A stretch of DNA of 64,000 nt from Eledone cirrhosa (GCA_964016885.1 OZ024740.1:149110001-149174000), one strand, 5' to 3'. Shown: positions 1 through 12,596, counted from the stretch's first letter. Notes: a model not told the origin generated them from the sequence alone. Program-made: numbers and translations.

Positions 1-305
1 ATATGTGTGTGTCCGCATGTATCTGTGTGTTTCTAAATATATTAATAACTCCCTCTGGTCGAGCAATCTTTGAAGTGTGGGGACAACTGGAAAGCTTCCA
101 TTACTCATACTTCTCGCCTTCTTCACTACCTCTTCTGCGGCCTCGATATGAATACCCCCTCCGCCTCCGTGGTATTTTCTTCGTGGTTATAGGAGGCTTA
201 GCTCTGTTTCTCGACCGTTATATCGCGTGACTATCTCCCCCTCCGCCTTTTGGGATTCTTTCTCACGTCGTGTAGACGCGTTCTTGAGACTAGTAAAATG
301 AGGTA

Positions 306-393
306 TCCTCTTGATAAGTCGGCAGACCTCGCAAGGACTCTATATCTTTGATATATTGTTTTTGTTTATGCCACGAAACTACGTAGTCGAGGA
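306..393 (+). ncRNA. Degenerate type I hammerhead ribozyme (Penelope pLTR remnant)
   Basis: Stem I TCCTC/GAGGA. Core TTGATAA, two changes from CTGATGA. Stem II GT(C)GGCA/TGCCAC, then GAAA, palindromic stem III CTACGTAG and a GUC site. Confidence 0.6.
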
Positions 394-753
394 ATTTAGG
401 AACAGTTTAGGTATGATACATTTTATTACTAATTATATCTAAATGTTTCTTCTCTCTTCATAATGTATATATATATATATATATAAATGGAATAGAATGA
501 AACGAAATTTCATTTCTCACTCTTAGTACGGCAGTTACTTAAATGTAAGTATGCATGTATGTATACGTATATGTATACAGACGTACAGTAGTATGTATAT
601 ATATACATACATGCACACATATATATATGCACGTATCGGTTTACGAACATTTATTATAATGCTCGGTTTGTTTGTAAACAAACAAACAGCCCGAATTAAG
701 CTGTACAGTGTTTAGGCAACCACGTCACCTTTTTGTTCAACACTGACACAGGA

Positions 754-796
754 ACGATGTACTAGTTTCAAGGTTATTAGCTATCGTCAGCATCGC
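754..796 (-). ncRNA. Minimal type I hammerhead ribozyme
   Basis: Minus strand reads gcgatg CTGACGA tagctaataacctt GAAA CTAG TA catcgt. Confidence 0.8.
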
Positions 797-1182
797 ATAC
801 CTTCCTGCCAGATGGTTGAACGACTGAAAGTATATACTTTCCTTATGCATATTAACGGCTGAGCAGCCTAATTTGCATGTCGAGTGAGTTTAGTCGGCCG
901 GGCGCACTGAAAACGATAAATGGAATAGAATGAAACGAAATTTCATTTCTCACTCTTAGTACGGCAGTTACTTAAGTGTAAGTATGCATGTATGTATACG
1001 TACATACATATATGTATACAGACGTACAGTAGTATGTATATATGTACATACATGCACATATATATATATATGCACGTATCGGTTTACGAACATTTATTAT
1101 AATGCTCGGTTTGTTTATAAACAAACAAACAGCCCGAATTACGCCGTACAGTGTTGCGCCCGGTCGACTAAACTCACTCGAT

Positions 1183-1230
1183 ATGCAAATTAGGTGGCTC
1201 AGCCGTTAATATGCATAAGGAAAATATATA
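1183..1230 (+). promoter_or_regulatory. Putative snRNA-type promoter (octamer + TATA) upstream of the HHR
   Basis: ATGCAAAT at 1183-1190 and TATATA at 1225-1230. Similar spacing recurs at 2946/2988, 16491/16448 (-) and 12955/12995 (variant octamer). Function is inferred. Confidence 0.5.
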
Positions 1231-1264
1231 CTTTCAGACATTCAACCATCTGACCGGAAGGTAT

Positions 1265-1307
1265 ACGATGCTGATGATAGCTAATAAGCTTGAAACTAGT
1301 ACATCGT
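1265..1307 (+). ncRNA. Minimal type I hammerhead ribozyme, intact core
   Basis: acgatg CTGATGA t-agct-aata-agct-t GAAA CTAG TA catcgt: 6-bp stem I, palindromic stem III, GUA cleavage triplet. Confidence 0.88.
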
Positions 1308-1527
1308 TCCTGTGTCAGTGTTGAACAAAAACATGACGTGGTTGCCTAAACACTGTACGGCGTAACTCGGGCTGTTTGTTTGTTTACAAACAAACCGAGC
1401 ATTATAATAAATGTTCGGTAAACCGATACGTGCATATATATATATGTGTGCATGTATGTATATATATACATACTACTGTACGTCTGTATACATATATGTA
1501 TGTACGTATACATACATGCATACTTAC

Positions 1528-1530
<3 letters not shown>

Positions 1531-1625
<95 letters not shown>

Positions 1626-1644
1626 ATATATATATATATGTATG

Positions 1645-1695
<51 letters not shown>
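1531..1695. repeat. (TA)n microsatellite
   Basis: Direct reading. One of many (TA)n tracts in the window. Confidence 0.95.
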
Positions 1696-1696
<1 letters not shown>

Positions 1697-1800
1697 ACGA
1701 AGGAAATGTGGTAAGGAACCAGATGGACCGTAACGCACCAAAGTACTCAATACTTAGTGTAGTAGAGTGAGTAATAGGAACGAGTAGGACTCCGACGGCT

Positions 1801-1868
1801 GAGCTCAAGCCGGTTTGATGGCTAATTCTGGACTAGTCCAGAATTAGCCGTCGAAACGGCTTGAGCTC
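1801..1868. repeat. 68-bp imperfect palindrome
   Basis: GAGCTCAAGCCG...ACTAGT...CGGCTTGAGCTC, centred at 1834/1835. Confidence 0.9.
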
Positions 1869-2011
1869 GTTCCTATATATATATATATATATATATAAGT
1901 TGTAATAGAATGAAAACGGAATTTCATTTCTCACTCTTAGTACGGCACTTACTTAAGTGTAAGTATGTATGTACACGTACATACATATATGTGTACAGAC
2001 GTACAGTAGCA

Positions 2012-2123
<112 letters not shown>

Positions 2124-2273
2124 CAGGTACACATACATATATGTACGTATCAGTTTAGCGGACGTTTATTATAACGCCCGCTTTGTCCGTTTGTAAACAA
2201 ACGAACAGCCTGAATTTATGCCGTACGGTGTTAAGGCAACCACGTCACCTTTTTGTTCAACACTGACACAGGA

Positions 2274-2316
2274 ACGATGTACTAGTTTCAAGCTTCTTAG
2301 CTATCATCAACACCGT
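2274..2316 (-). ncRNA. Minimal hammerhead ribozyme, C3U core variant
   Basis: acggtg TTGATGA tagctaagaagctt GAAA CTAG TA catcgt. Confidence 0.7.
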
Positions 2317-2551
2317 ATACCCTTCTGCCAGATGGTTGAACGTTCGAAAGTATATACTTTCCTTATGAAATTAACGGCTGAGTAGCCTAATTTGCATATC
2401 GAGTGAGTTCAGTCGGCCAGGCTCACTGAAAACGATAAGTTGTAATAGAATGAAAACGGAATTTCATTTCTCACTCTTAGTACGGCACTTACTTAAATGT
2501 AAGTATGTATGTATACGTACATACATATATATATATAGACGTACAGTAGCA

Positions 2552-2599
<48 letters not shown>

Positions 2600-2721
2600 C
2601 AGGTACACATACGTATATGTATGGCATAAATTCAGGCTGTTCGTTTGTTTACAAACGGACAAAGCGGGCGTTATAATAAACGTCCGCTAAACTGATACGT
2701 ACATATATGTATGTGTACCTG

Positions 2722-2791
<70 letters not shown>

Positions 2792-3027
2792 TGCTACTGT
2801 ACGTCTGTATACATATATGTATGTACGTACACATACATACTTACGTTTAAGTAAGTGCCGTACTAAGAGTGAGAAATGAAATTCCGTTTTCATTCTATTA
2901 CAACTTATCGTTTTCGGTGCGCCTGGCCGACTGAACTCACTCGATATGCAAATTAGGCTGCTCAGCCGTTAATTTTCATAAGGAAAGTATATACTTTCGA
3001 ACGTTCAACCATCTGGCGGAAGGGTAT

Positions 3028-3070
3028 ACGGTGCTGATGGTAGCTAAGAAGCTTGAAACTAGTACATCGT
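3028..3070 (+). ncRNA. Minimal hammerhead ribozyme, A9G core variant
   Basis: acggtg CTGATGG tagctaagaagctt GAAA CTAG TA catcgt. Confidence 0.7.
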
Positions 3071-3220
3071 TCCTGTGTCAGTGTTGAACAAAAAGGTGAC
3101 GTGGTTGCCTTAACACCGTACGGCATAAATTCAGGCTGTTCGTTTGTTTACAAACGGACAAAGCGGGCGTTATAATAAACCTCCGCTAAATTGATACGTA
3201 CATATATGTATGTGTACCTG

Positions 3221-3296
<76 letters not shown>

Positions 3297-3349
3297 TGCT
3301 ACTGTATGTCTGTATACATATATGTATGTACGTATACATACATACTTAC

Positions 3350-3414
<65 letters not shown>

Positions 3415-3643
3415 CATATATGCATACACAAAATAAAAATAAAGGGAAGGAATGGGGTAATCAAATAGTAGGGCATACGACAAATAAAAAAAAAATGTAT
3501 AAACGTTTATAGCTGATTAAGAGCACTCAACAGTTCCTGTAGCAAATAATCAATAAAGGTAAGCATTAAAAAAGTCTGTATATAATTATGCATATACATA
3601 CAAAACGATACATACACACACACACACAACCAACTACATACAA

Positions 3644-3720
<77 letters not shown>

Positions 3721-4271
3721 TATTTATATATATATATATACATACATATATATGTATATATATACACACACACTAATATACACACACACACATATAAGCA
3801 CACACACATATATATATATATACACATACATACACATACACATATATATAAAAATGTATACATATACACATATATACATATATACATACACTTATATACA
3901 CATATACACGACAACATACATACTCGTAAAATTAATATCTAAAAATCAAAAGGGGGTGGGTATGTAAAGGGTAAAGTGGAGAGTAGGTGGAAATAAGGAA
4001 AATAAATAACATAAGAAAAAGTTAAAAAATGAGAGGAGATAAGTGAGAAAGAGAAAATAAGGGTACAGAAAGTGAGTTTAGAGAGTACTAAAAGTCGTAG
4101 TAGATGTAAGGCGTAAAGAGCAAAGAAGAAGTTCAAGGTGGTTAAGTCATCGTAGCAAAGAAGAAGTTCAAGGTGGTTGAGTCATCGTAGGAATGTCAAT
4201 CCAGATACAGAGCAGATGTGATTTCAGGTGAGGTCAACATCTAAAGATTTCGGTCTTGGAGTTAAGGCAAG

Positions 4272-4303
<32 letters not shown>

Positions 4304-4439
4304 GATAAATCTACCTCTCAACGGTAGGGTCTAAACCGTATAAAGAACTCAATGTAATCCGTATGTAGAAGATGTCGTGAAGCAAAATTTAAAATAAAAA
4401 CATTTTTTTATCCACGATATAATTCAATTGGATACAGAG

Positions 4440-5008
4440 TCAAAATAGAAATATTAAAACAATGAAATTAAACACAAAACTGTTAATTCATAGTAAAACA
4501 TATTATTTTACGATCGTTTCTGGGGGGTAGTCCTCTGCATGTTAATTTAATTATTGATCTATGTAAAACATATTACAAAATATCATAGTTAGAAAAGAAT
4601 ACATACGTCTTCACTACCCGCCCTCTTCAGAAATAATTAGTTTGTTTATTGAAGAATACAAAAACAAACATACATATGAATAAGTAAGGTTTTATAACCA
4701 GGTTGAAATTGACCATTGTTAAGAATGGAAATGGGCAGTATAAATCCTTAAGTTTGGTAGTAGTAGATGAATAAATAGGCCATCATTGGAAAAGGTATCA
4801 CATGTCTTTTAAGAAAAGAAATGAGAGTTGTTAGTGTAAATGAGTTTAGGCATATTGTATGTAAAAGTATTGATGGTCAAAGAAGATTACGGTTGGAGGA
4901 GATGGGAAGCTGAGATTAGTGTGTTACATCAAGTAGAATGGAATAGAATAATCTTAAAAAGTTAGCTATTTCTTTGTTGCGAGGAATAATTTGTCCTAAA
5001 AATATATG

Positions 5009-5013
<5 letters not shown>
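4440..5013 (-). repeat. pLTR-like segment downstream of Naiad element A (inverted copy at 7843-8400)
   Basis: Near-identical reverse complement of 7843-8400. Contains an HHR. Confidence 0.8.
4502..4637 (-). ncRNA. Type I hammerhead ribozyme with large loop II
   Basis: attattt CTGAAGA ggg(c)gggtagt ...large loop... actacccccca GAAA CGATCG TA aaataat. Confidence 0.8.
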
Positions 5014-5072
<59 letters not shown>

Positions 5073-5201
5073 GTATAGTTACTCATGTTTATATATAGGC
5101 TTACATTTATGCATATACATACATATACACACACGGATATACATATTCACACACACACCTATACTCGCACTTTTATTTACCTATATTTTTTCTATATTTG
5201 T

Positions 5202-7550
5202 TTAGTTGTATTTATAATATTTGAATGTCTTTCTAATTTTATGGTTACATACTAAAATTAATTCTTGTCTTTTATTTAATAGAGTGTCCTTCGATTTAGT
5301 AATTTCAAAAATTTCTTGGGAACATAGTCCGCACTCCCTTCTATTGCCCTGATAAGAAATAGTCCTCTTAAGAATTTTCCAAGTTAGGTTATATTTAATA
5401 TTCTTCTTTTTACAATTATTAACTGCTTCTGCCAAAGAAGTGGTATTTGCTAATTTTGTGTTTCGGAAACTGTGGGTGTGTGCATAAAATCTCGATTTAA
5501 ATGGATTAGAAGTGGATCCTATATAGGATTGATTAGAGTCTTTAGTGGTGATTATACATTTATATACTATATTATTAATTAAGCAATTTCCATTTAAGGG
5601 CCAATTTTCTTTTATTCTACAATTACAACCGTTTGCATATAGGGTTTCAGATGTGCTATCCATATTCTCAATAATAGTGCTAGTATTTGTGTTTACTTTT
5701 TTATTTGGGAGAGAAGGGTTTACGGTAGGGTGGATATAATCCGAATTGTTGCTAGTAGGTGAAATTTTACTTAATACAGCGTTTATGGAGACATTGTTGC
5801 TTTGGGCGCTATTAGTTAGATTGGGTATGTAAATCTTAGTCCCTATTAAGTATGAGGAAGATGGTAGTTGGTTGTAGTCTACTATATTGTGCTGGTGAGG
5901 TGAGTGAGCGGATCTATCAGGTGGGTATGGAGTAATATTACAGTTATAAATAATTTTTATTACCATAGTTATCTTGTGTGCGGCGTGCTATTGTGTGTGG
6001 TATAGATGGAGCTTTTTTACATTTATAGATGTTATATGCACTTATTTTTTGTTGTATATTGCTCGATGTGGAGTAAGAAAATTTTACTGTGTTCCCGCTT
6101 AAGATTTTATGGTATTTGTGGTTAGGTGGGAAATGTTTATCAAGAATTGTAAAAAATCTTTTAGGGATTTGGCCCATAGTTTGCAAGTTGAATGGAGCGC
6201 TATACCATGTTACATTTCTTTTATGGTTTCTAAAAGGTTTCCTCTTGTTATATTGGGTATGTATAAAAGTTTGAGGGTAGATATTGTTATCAAATGAAAT
6301 TATGATATTGTGATTGTTATTATGGGTATGTACTAATTGTTTAGTAGATTTTTGAATTGTATTAGTTTTTTGATTTATTGCTTTTTGTCTGATTTGTAGA
6401 GGATATTGTGAGTTTTTTTTAAAAATCATTATTGATAGGACCTGGAATTTCGGTATCATTTTTGTTATATACGGTAGTTTGGATATGTTTCTCTAGTTTT
6501 TTGGATTGCAAGGGTGTAGTTTCGTTATGTTGAAGTTTCGATCAGATAGGTGATACATCATTAGGTTTATTGTGAGAATTAAGATATAAGGTGTTATTAT
6601 TAACTGCTTTTTTAAGAGTAGGGGAGTTAGGTGTTTTCGCACGGTTTGTAGTAATAATATTAGGTAAGTTATAGAAATATTCAGAATCGTTAGGATTGAT
6701 GATTTTTAGAGAATTTGTGTCATTTGTGTTAATGTGGATATTGGGAGTAATGGTAGGATCTAGGTTTTTCGGTGTTTCATTGCTGGCAATAACTTTGTGG
6801 TGTTTTCTACGGTGTTTGTTGCTTATTGTTGGCTGTATGTTAGGGGTATTCATGGTGTTAGGTATTTAAAATATTTTATCTTTATAGCCACTTTTAATTA
6901 AAGCCTCATTATAATAAGATGCATTTTTATAGAATATTTCTTCACTAGATGATAATTTAGATAGTCTGAGTGAGATATTGTAGACTAGATTTTTTAGTAT
7001 GGAACTAGGGTGGTTAGATAGTGAATGTATATAATGGAGGTTTTGGTTTGGTTTGTGGTAGGGTTGGTAAGTGCCTGTTGATAGGTTTAAAGAGATGTCG
7101 AGGAAATTGACCATTTTAGTGCTATTTTCAAAAGTAACCGTAAGATTATAGTAATTTTTGAGGAATTCCCTAATATGCTGTTTATTTCTCTCAATTGCTG
7201 AGAGACCAAGATTATTAACTAGAAGAAGACAGTCATCGCGATATAGACCACCATTGAGGTGGGGAAAAGAGGAATTCAAATTATGTAAGAGGAAGAGGCC
7301 CACAAGGTCCGTAACCTGGGCGGAATCCATTGAACCCATAGTAATATCATATAAATCACTATAAGTATTCCTAGTCCAAAACTCGTCCTGAAAGTCCAAT
7401 AGAGTTTGTCTGGCATGTGTGATGATCTTAATTTCATCCATAGTTAAGTTCGATCTACTTTTGGCGAAAATTAGTGCTTTGTTCAGTAGTATGGGGATAT
7501 TGATGAATAGTATGCATCGATGTCGAATTGGAGAAATGAAGCTGAGGACT
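5202..7550 (-). pseudogene. Penelope-like retroelement A (Naiad-type) RT + GIY-YIG endonuclease, 5'-truncated and frameshifted
   Basis: ORF pieces 6866-7441 (DITMGSMD, YRDD, FLDISLNL, SNHP), 5944-6459 (VTWYSAPFN, KHFPPNHKYHKI) and 5202-5966 (CNCR, IVYKC, YIGST, FKSRFYAH, CGLC..E). Confidence 0.92.
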
Positions 7551-7577
7551 TATTTACACCAATACATCACCCGTGGG

Positions 7578-7789
7578 TGATGTATTGGTGTAAATGGTAG
7601 CACAGTGGTCCGGATAACAAAAGATGTGGGTTCGACTCCCATGTACGTCAATACTCATCTTTTTCCATTTCTCCGAGGGTTCTTAACCCCACTATCAGGC
7701 TAAATAATTTTTTTTATTTCTTTAATCAAAATACGGCGATAGCTTACATTTCTAATAATTTCAAATCAACTCGGTGTTTCGAAAATATT

Positions 7790-7790
<1 letters not shown>
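7578..7790 (+). mobile_element. tRNA-derived SINE (family S2)
   Basis: A box TGGTGTAAATGG and B box GGTTCGACTCC. Homologous copy at 57005-57178 (-). Ends at (TA)n. Confidence 0.75.
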
Positions 7791-7842
<52 letters not shown>

Positions 7843-7849
<7 letters not shown>

Positions 7850-8400
7850 CATATATTTTTAGAACAAATTATTCCTCACAACAAAGAAATAGCTAACGTT
7901 TTAAGATTATTCTATTCCATTCTACTTGATGTAACACACTAATCTCAGCTTCCCATCTCCTCCAACCGTAATCTTCTTTGACCATCAATACTTTTATATA
8001 CAATATGCCTAAACTCATTTACACTAACAACTCTCATTGCTTTTCTTAAAAGACATTTGATACCTTATCCAATGATGGCCTACTTATTCATCTACTAAGG
8101 ATTTATACTGCCCCTTTCCATTCTTAACAATGGTCAATTTCAACCTGGTTATAAAACCTTACTTATTCATATGTATGTTTGTTTTTGTATTCTTCAATAA
8201 ACAAAACTCATTATTTCTGGAGACGGCGGGTAGTGAAGACGTATGTATTCTTTTCTAACTATGATATTTTGTAATATGTTTTGCATAGATCAATAATTAA
8301 ATTAACATGCAGAGGACTAGCCCCCAGAAACGATCGTAAAATAATGTGTTTTACTATGAATTAACAGTTTTGTGTTTAATTTCATTGTTTTAATATTCCT
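7843..8400 (+). repeat. Inverted pLTR-like copy of 4440-5013
   Basis: Reverse complement of 4440-5013, lying beyond the truncated 5' end of element A. Confidence 0.8.
8210..8345 (+). ncRNA. Hammerhead ribozyme, large loop II, core variant CTGGAGA
   Basis: attattt CTGGAGA cggcgggtagt...actagccccca GAAA CGATCG TA aaataat. Confidence 0.65.
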
Positions 8401-8911
8401 ATATATATATATTGTTATACATGGGGAGGGTCATATTTGTGTAATATTGCCAGAATTAATAACAGAACACACTCACTGTTTGGTTGGTTTTCGCTTTTCG
8501 CTTCTGTGTCTTTTATATCGTTTAATTTAATTTATTCGGTCCTCAATGTTGCCATTGACTGACCAACGGTCAAAAATACAGATAAAATATAGACACAAAC
8601 ACATATATATAGTCTATCAAAGTTCTTCGTTGCACATCTGCAACATCATCAGTGGTGCTATTGTTTTCTCCCGTTGCATTGTATTTTCTACGCCATCTTT
8701 ATTTAGTCTGTTTATATATTTATTTATTTGTTTTTTTGTCTTCTTTGCACTTGCGTTTGCGTGTGTGTATAGTATTTTGTTTGATGTGTGTTCGTGATTG
8801 GGTGACTGTGTATTGGTTAATGTATTCTACCTTTACTAGTGTGTGTTTATATGTGTTTGTTGTTATTGTGCTTGTGTATGTATTTATTTATCTATTTATT
8901 TATTTATTTAT

Positions 8912-10748
8912 TTATACTTCTCTTAGGTCAGTGTTGTTTGTTTCGGAGTTGTTGTTATTCCATTCATTTTTTCTGTTTAGCCTTGACCTTCTAATTTCTA
9001 TTTCACTGGCCTCTCTGATTTGCCTATCTGCTGGGTCATTTCTATGTTTAGATATTATTCTAATTTCTATGTTGTCTATGTTACCGTCGTGTTGTTGTCT
9101 GGCATGTTCGTTTAGTACTGAACCGTTTTCTTGTCCTTTTAGTTCCCCCCAGTGTTGGTCTATCCTTTCACCTATGCTACGAGCTGTCTCGCCTAAGTAT
9201 GTTGTTGTCATGTTTCTGCAAGTACCCTCTGTACATCTTATGCTATAGACTACGTTTCTAGTTTTACAGTTTATCCGGGGGTTTACCTTACATATGATAC
9301 ATTTCCTATTAGTACAGTGAGTTTTCTTAAAAGGGTAGGTTTTGCTGATCAGGGATTTTATGGTGGTTCCTGGCTTCTCTACCACATTAATCTTTAAGTG
9401 GGTCTTTCTCAGGGCCTTTCTACACTGGTTAGCTAATTTCCCTCCAGGGGTAGCCTCCACAAACATGACACTCTGGTATCGCTGGTTGTCGTACCATGAG
9501 GTGGCTTTTCCTATCTTATGTCTAGCCTTATCTAAGCTATTCCATAATGGGCAAATTCCTTTCATGTCCAGTTCTATGAGGGTCTTATACTTCTCCGTAG
9601 CTCCTTCGTATACTCTGATTCTGTCTCTTTGGTTGTAGCCAGAGAACTGCATGCGGTTGATGAAGTGTTGGATGTGTCTTTCCATTTCTGTTGGGTCGCA
9701 CATGCGGGACACGTCTTCATCACTCGTACCAAGTCTGCGATCAGAATATTAAACTTAGCACTACTGGACATTGCTGAGTTTTTGAGTATCAGGTATTTGG
9801 AGGCCATGGGTTTAGCATAGTGTGAGTGGAGAATTTGGGCTCTCTCGTCTATAGTGTTAATCCAGAGTTCCGTGTCTAATACAGGTAGTCTATTGTTAGG
9901 GTTTTTGGAAGGGTAGTCGATAGTTACATTTATACTCTGGTGTATGGAATTAGCTATCTGCTGGATGTTTTCCATTGTGCTACGTTCTAAATCAAACTTG
10001 TTAGTGCTCTCTTGTGGGGATGTTCTTATAACTATATTGATATCGTCTACGTAACGAGAGTACATGATGAGGTCTATGGAGCTCTCATCAAGGAGATCTT
10101 TAAGTCTCCTTTCCCACCATACCATAAAAAGGTTTGCAACGTCACCAGCTATGCTGACGCCAATGGCTGCTCCCTCATTTTGGGTGTAGATCTTCTCGTT
10201 GAACTTGAATATGTGGCCCTTTAGGGTAGTTTTAATACTAACCCATATTGCATGTGCGACCATTTTTTTTACCTGATCATTGTTTTGGGGGATCCCTATA
10301 GCTTTGGTCCACCCAATCCACCTTCTCATGGGAGTCTTTTTAGCCATTGAGGTTATGGTGGGGGGTCTACCTCTTATGGGTCTACTGGGGCAGAAACGTT
10401 CTGCATGGTTGTCTAATGTGTGTTTTCTAAATTTAAGACAGTAGGGAGATAGTTAGCTGCTGTTTCTAGCAGGTTTAGTGACCTCATAGAGGATATGTTT
10501 TTCTAAATTTAAGACAGTAGGGAGTGGTGTGATATGGGGGAGAGTTAGCTGCTGTTTCTAGCAGGTTTAGTGACCTCATAGAGGATATTATTGTGTATAG
10601 TAAATGAACTGATACTTCTTTCTTCCACGTTCGTTGATAGATGTTTTAAAAAAGATTTATCACTATTTTTTTTGTTGTTGAATAAATTTAATTGTTGCTT
10701 TTGAATAATTGTTGTTTCGTATGAAATGTAATAAGTTATCTTTGTCAT
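8912..10748 (-). pseudogene. Penelope-like retroelement, non-Naiad clade (possibly Nematis-like), RT + GIY-YIG, disrupted
   Basis: 9574-10347 has QNEGAAIG, YSRYVDD, LPVLD and HYAKPM. 8912-9712 has VVYSIRC, YLGETARSIGERIDQH and RQIREA. Local duplication at 10420-10588. Clade assignment is tentative. Confidence 0.88.
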
Positions 10749-11688
10749 TGAAGTAAATAAATGTTTGACCGTTCCACACTCAAAAACAAACGTTCTCTCT
10801 CTCTTAAAGTTTGTAAGTTTAATCGTATATAAGAGAAAGTTGCGGCATGTATGTAGTTTTATCGAATTTTAAGGGGAGTAGAGAGAGGTAAAGCGTCATG
10901 TATTTAGTTTTATCGGTTATTTCCGTAATTGTAGGTGAGTTTGAATGAAATAAATCGTTGTTGAACTAAGTTAGACCATTTACAACATTCTTCCAGACTT
11001 TGAGTCGAATCGGTTTGAAATTGTGCAAATGTATAAACGTGGAACATGCACATACACACACACAACAACAACAATCTGCCTTTTTAGATAATGATTATCA
11101 ATTAATGCTATCGTGCAATGCCTGTGCGTAAAGGTTTTTTTTAAGTGAGCAAAGACTGTGCACTGAGCGAATCCCATTCTCTGAGCGACAGTAGCTATAA
11201 CCCGAAAAGAAGAAAAGAACATCATCATCGGTAACTACTGAGCCGCAGGTTTTATGTCGGAGTTATCTCAGTTTCCTGAGTTGCCTTCTCCTAGAAGAAT
11301 GCCCTGATAAAGGCTAGAGGTCCTTCACTCCCAGTGGTTTAACCGCGCGATCGGGTATCCAGCCCGATTATTTCTATGTCCCCGCGCATATATACAATCC
11401 ACATATGTATACATGTATATATATATATATATACATAAGTATGTAGATATTTACAGATTTTTCGGATGACCCTTGACTCTTATGAGTTCTTATGAGTTCT
11501 TCCGCCTTTTGTCAGGCTTTGTTGTTTGTCCCGCAGGGTGTCCAAAATCACCCTCCTCACCAAGTAAACTTTGTGTGGTTGCTGGTTTAGTCGCCGACGA
11601 TCCGACCATGCGACAGGTTGTACTGGGTTACATGTTACCAGTAGCACTCAAGAGTGACCCGACACACACACACACGCACGCATATATA

Positions 11689-11982
11689 TCTATCTATGTA
11701 TATATATATATAAAACTGAGGATGTCTGTCTGTGTGTGTGTGAGTCTGAATCCCTAAAACTCGAGAACCACCCAACCGACTCTTTTCAAACTTTACACAT
11801 GTAATACTTGTTTCAGGGAGTATTCTGAGCAAAATAAATTTTAAATTTTCAATGCCTTAGGGACCGCATGAGGCGTTTTAGCGATCTCTTTTTAGATAGA
11901 TACATACACATAACGTCGCGCCCTTATAATATCTGTCTGTATGTCTGACTGTCTCCATTACGTCACTTCCCTGAGGATGTCT

Positions 11983-12023
<41 letters not shown>

Positions 12024-12596
12024 TGTGAGTTTGAATCCCTAAATCTCGAGAAGTACCCAACTGATTGTTTTCAAACTTTACATGTGTATTACTTATGTTT
12101 CAACTTTTTGATCTCCTAGGGCGCGCATGAGGTTAAAAACTGCGTTTTTTAAGCTTTTTAGGGGTTTCTTGAGGCGTTACGTCAGACCGATTTCCTTCAA
12201 ATTGTAACTATGTATTAGTCAGTCTCTTCTTCATACTGTGAGCAAAGAAATTCCAACTTTTTTAGGGCCTAGAGACCGCATTAGGTGAACAACTTCATTT
12301 TTTCAGCTTTTTAGAGCTTTTTGGAGGCGTTACGTCTAGCCGATTTTCCCGAAATGTCAAGTCATATTATGCACATAAAAAAAATTCATTTTCTTGATCC
12401 GCTACGGCCTGCATTAGGTGAAAACCGGCATTTTTCCTGCTTCATCGAGGAAAATCTTAAAGATTATCCAGCCATCAGAATATTCGGTTTATTTTCTTGA
12501 AATATTGTCGAGGTATGCAGTTTTTCAACGATTAGGTCTTTGGCGGCCCGTGTTCCAAAATACCTTATCCCGTGCAAAGCCGTGTACCACTGCTAG
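11689..12596 (+). mobile_element. Non-autonomous Helitron
   Basis: 5' A|TC start followed by TATATAAAA and a CTGT/GT repeat. Imperfect subterminal hairpin CCCGTGCAAAGCCGTG (12569-12584) and 3' CTAG|T end. Internal duplicated blocks. Confidence 0.7.

Larger units (their letters stand above)
485..1530. mobile_element. HHR-bearing non-autonomous repeat (retrozyme-like), subfamily A1: 1.5 tandem units plus an inverted unit
   Basis: 433-bp period (AAATGGAATAGAATG at ~485 and ~918). 1156-1530 is the reverse complement of the unit. Flanked by (TA)n. No real ORF. Confidence 0.85.

Noticed and set aside
4119-4188. 35-bp tandem duplication
   Set aside because: Only two copies, consistent with ordinary slippage.
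7581-7650. tRNA gene calls here, at 57105-57175 and at 62805-62875
   Set aside because: A and B boxes are present but there is no complete cloverleaf, and the sequence continues into a repeat body. These are SINE heads.
8621-8657. Minus-strand CTGATGA-TGTTGCA-gatg-TGCAAC-GAAG downstream of the second PLE
   Set aside because: Stem II is good, but GAAG replaces GAAA and there is no stem III or stem I partner. At best a broken HHR.
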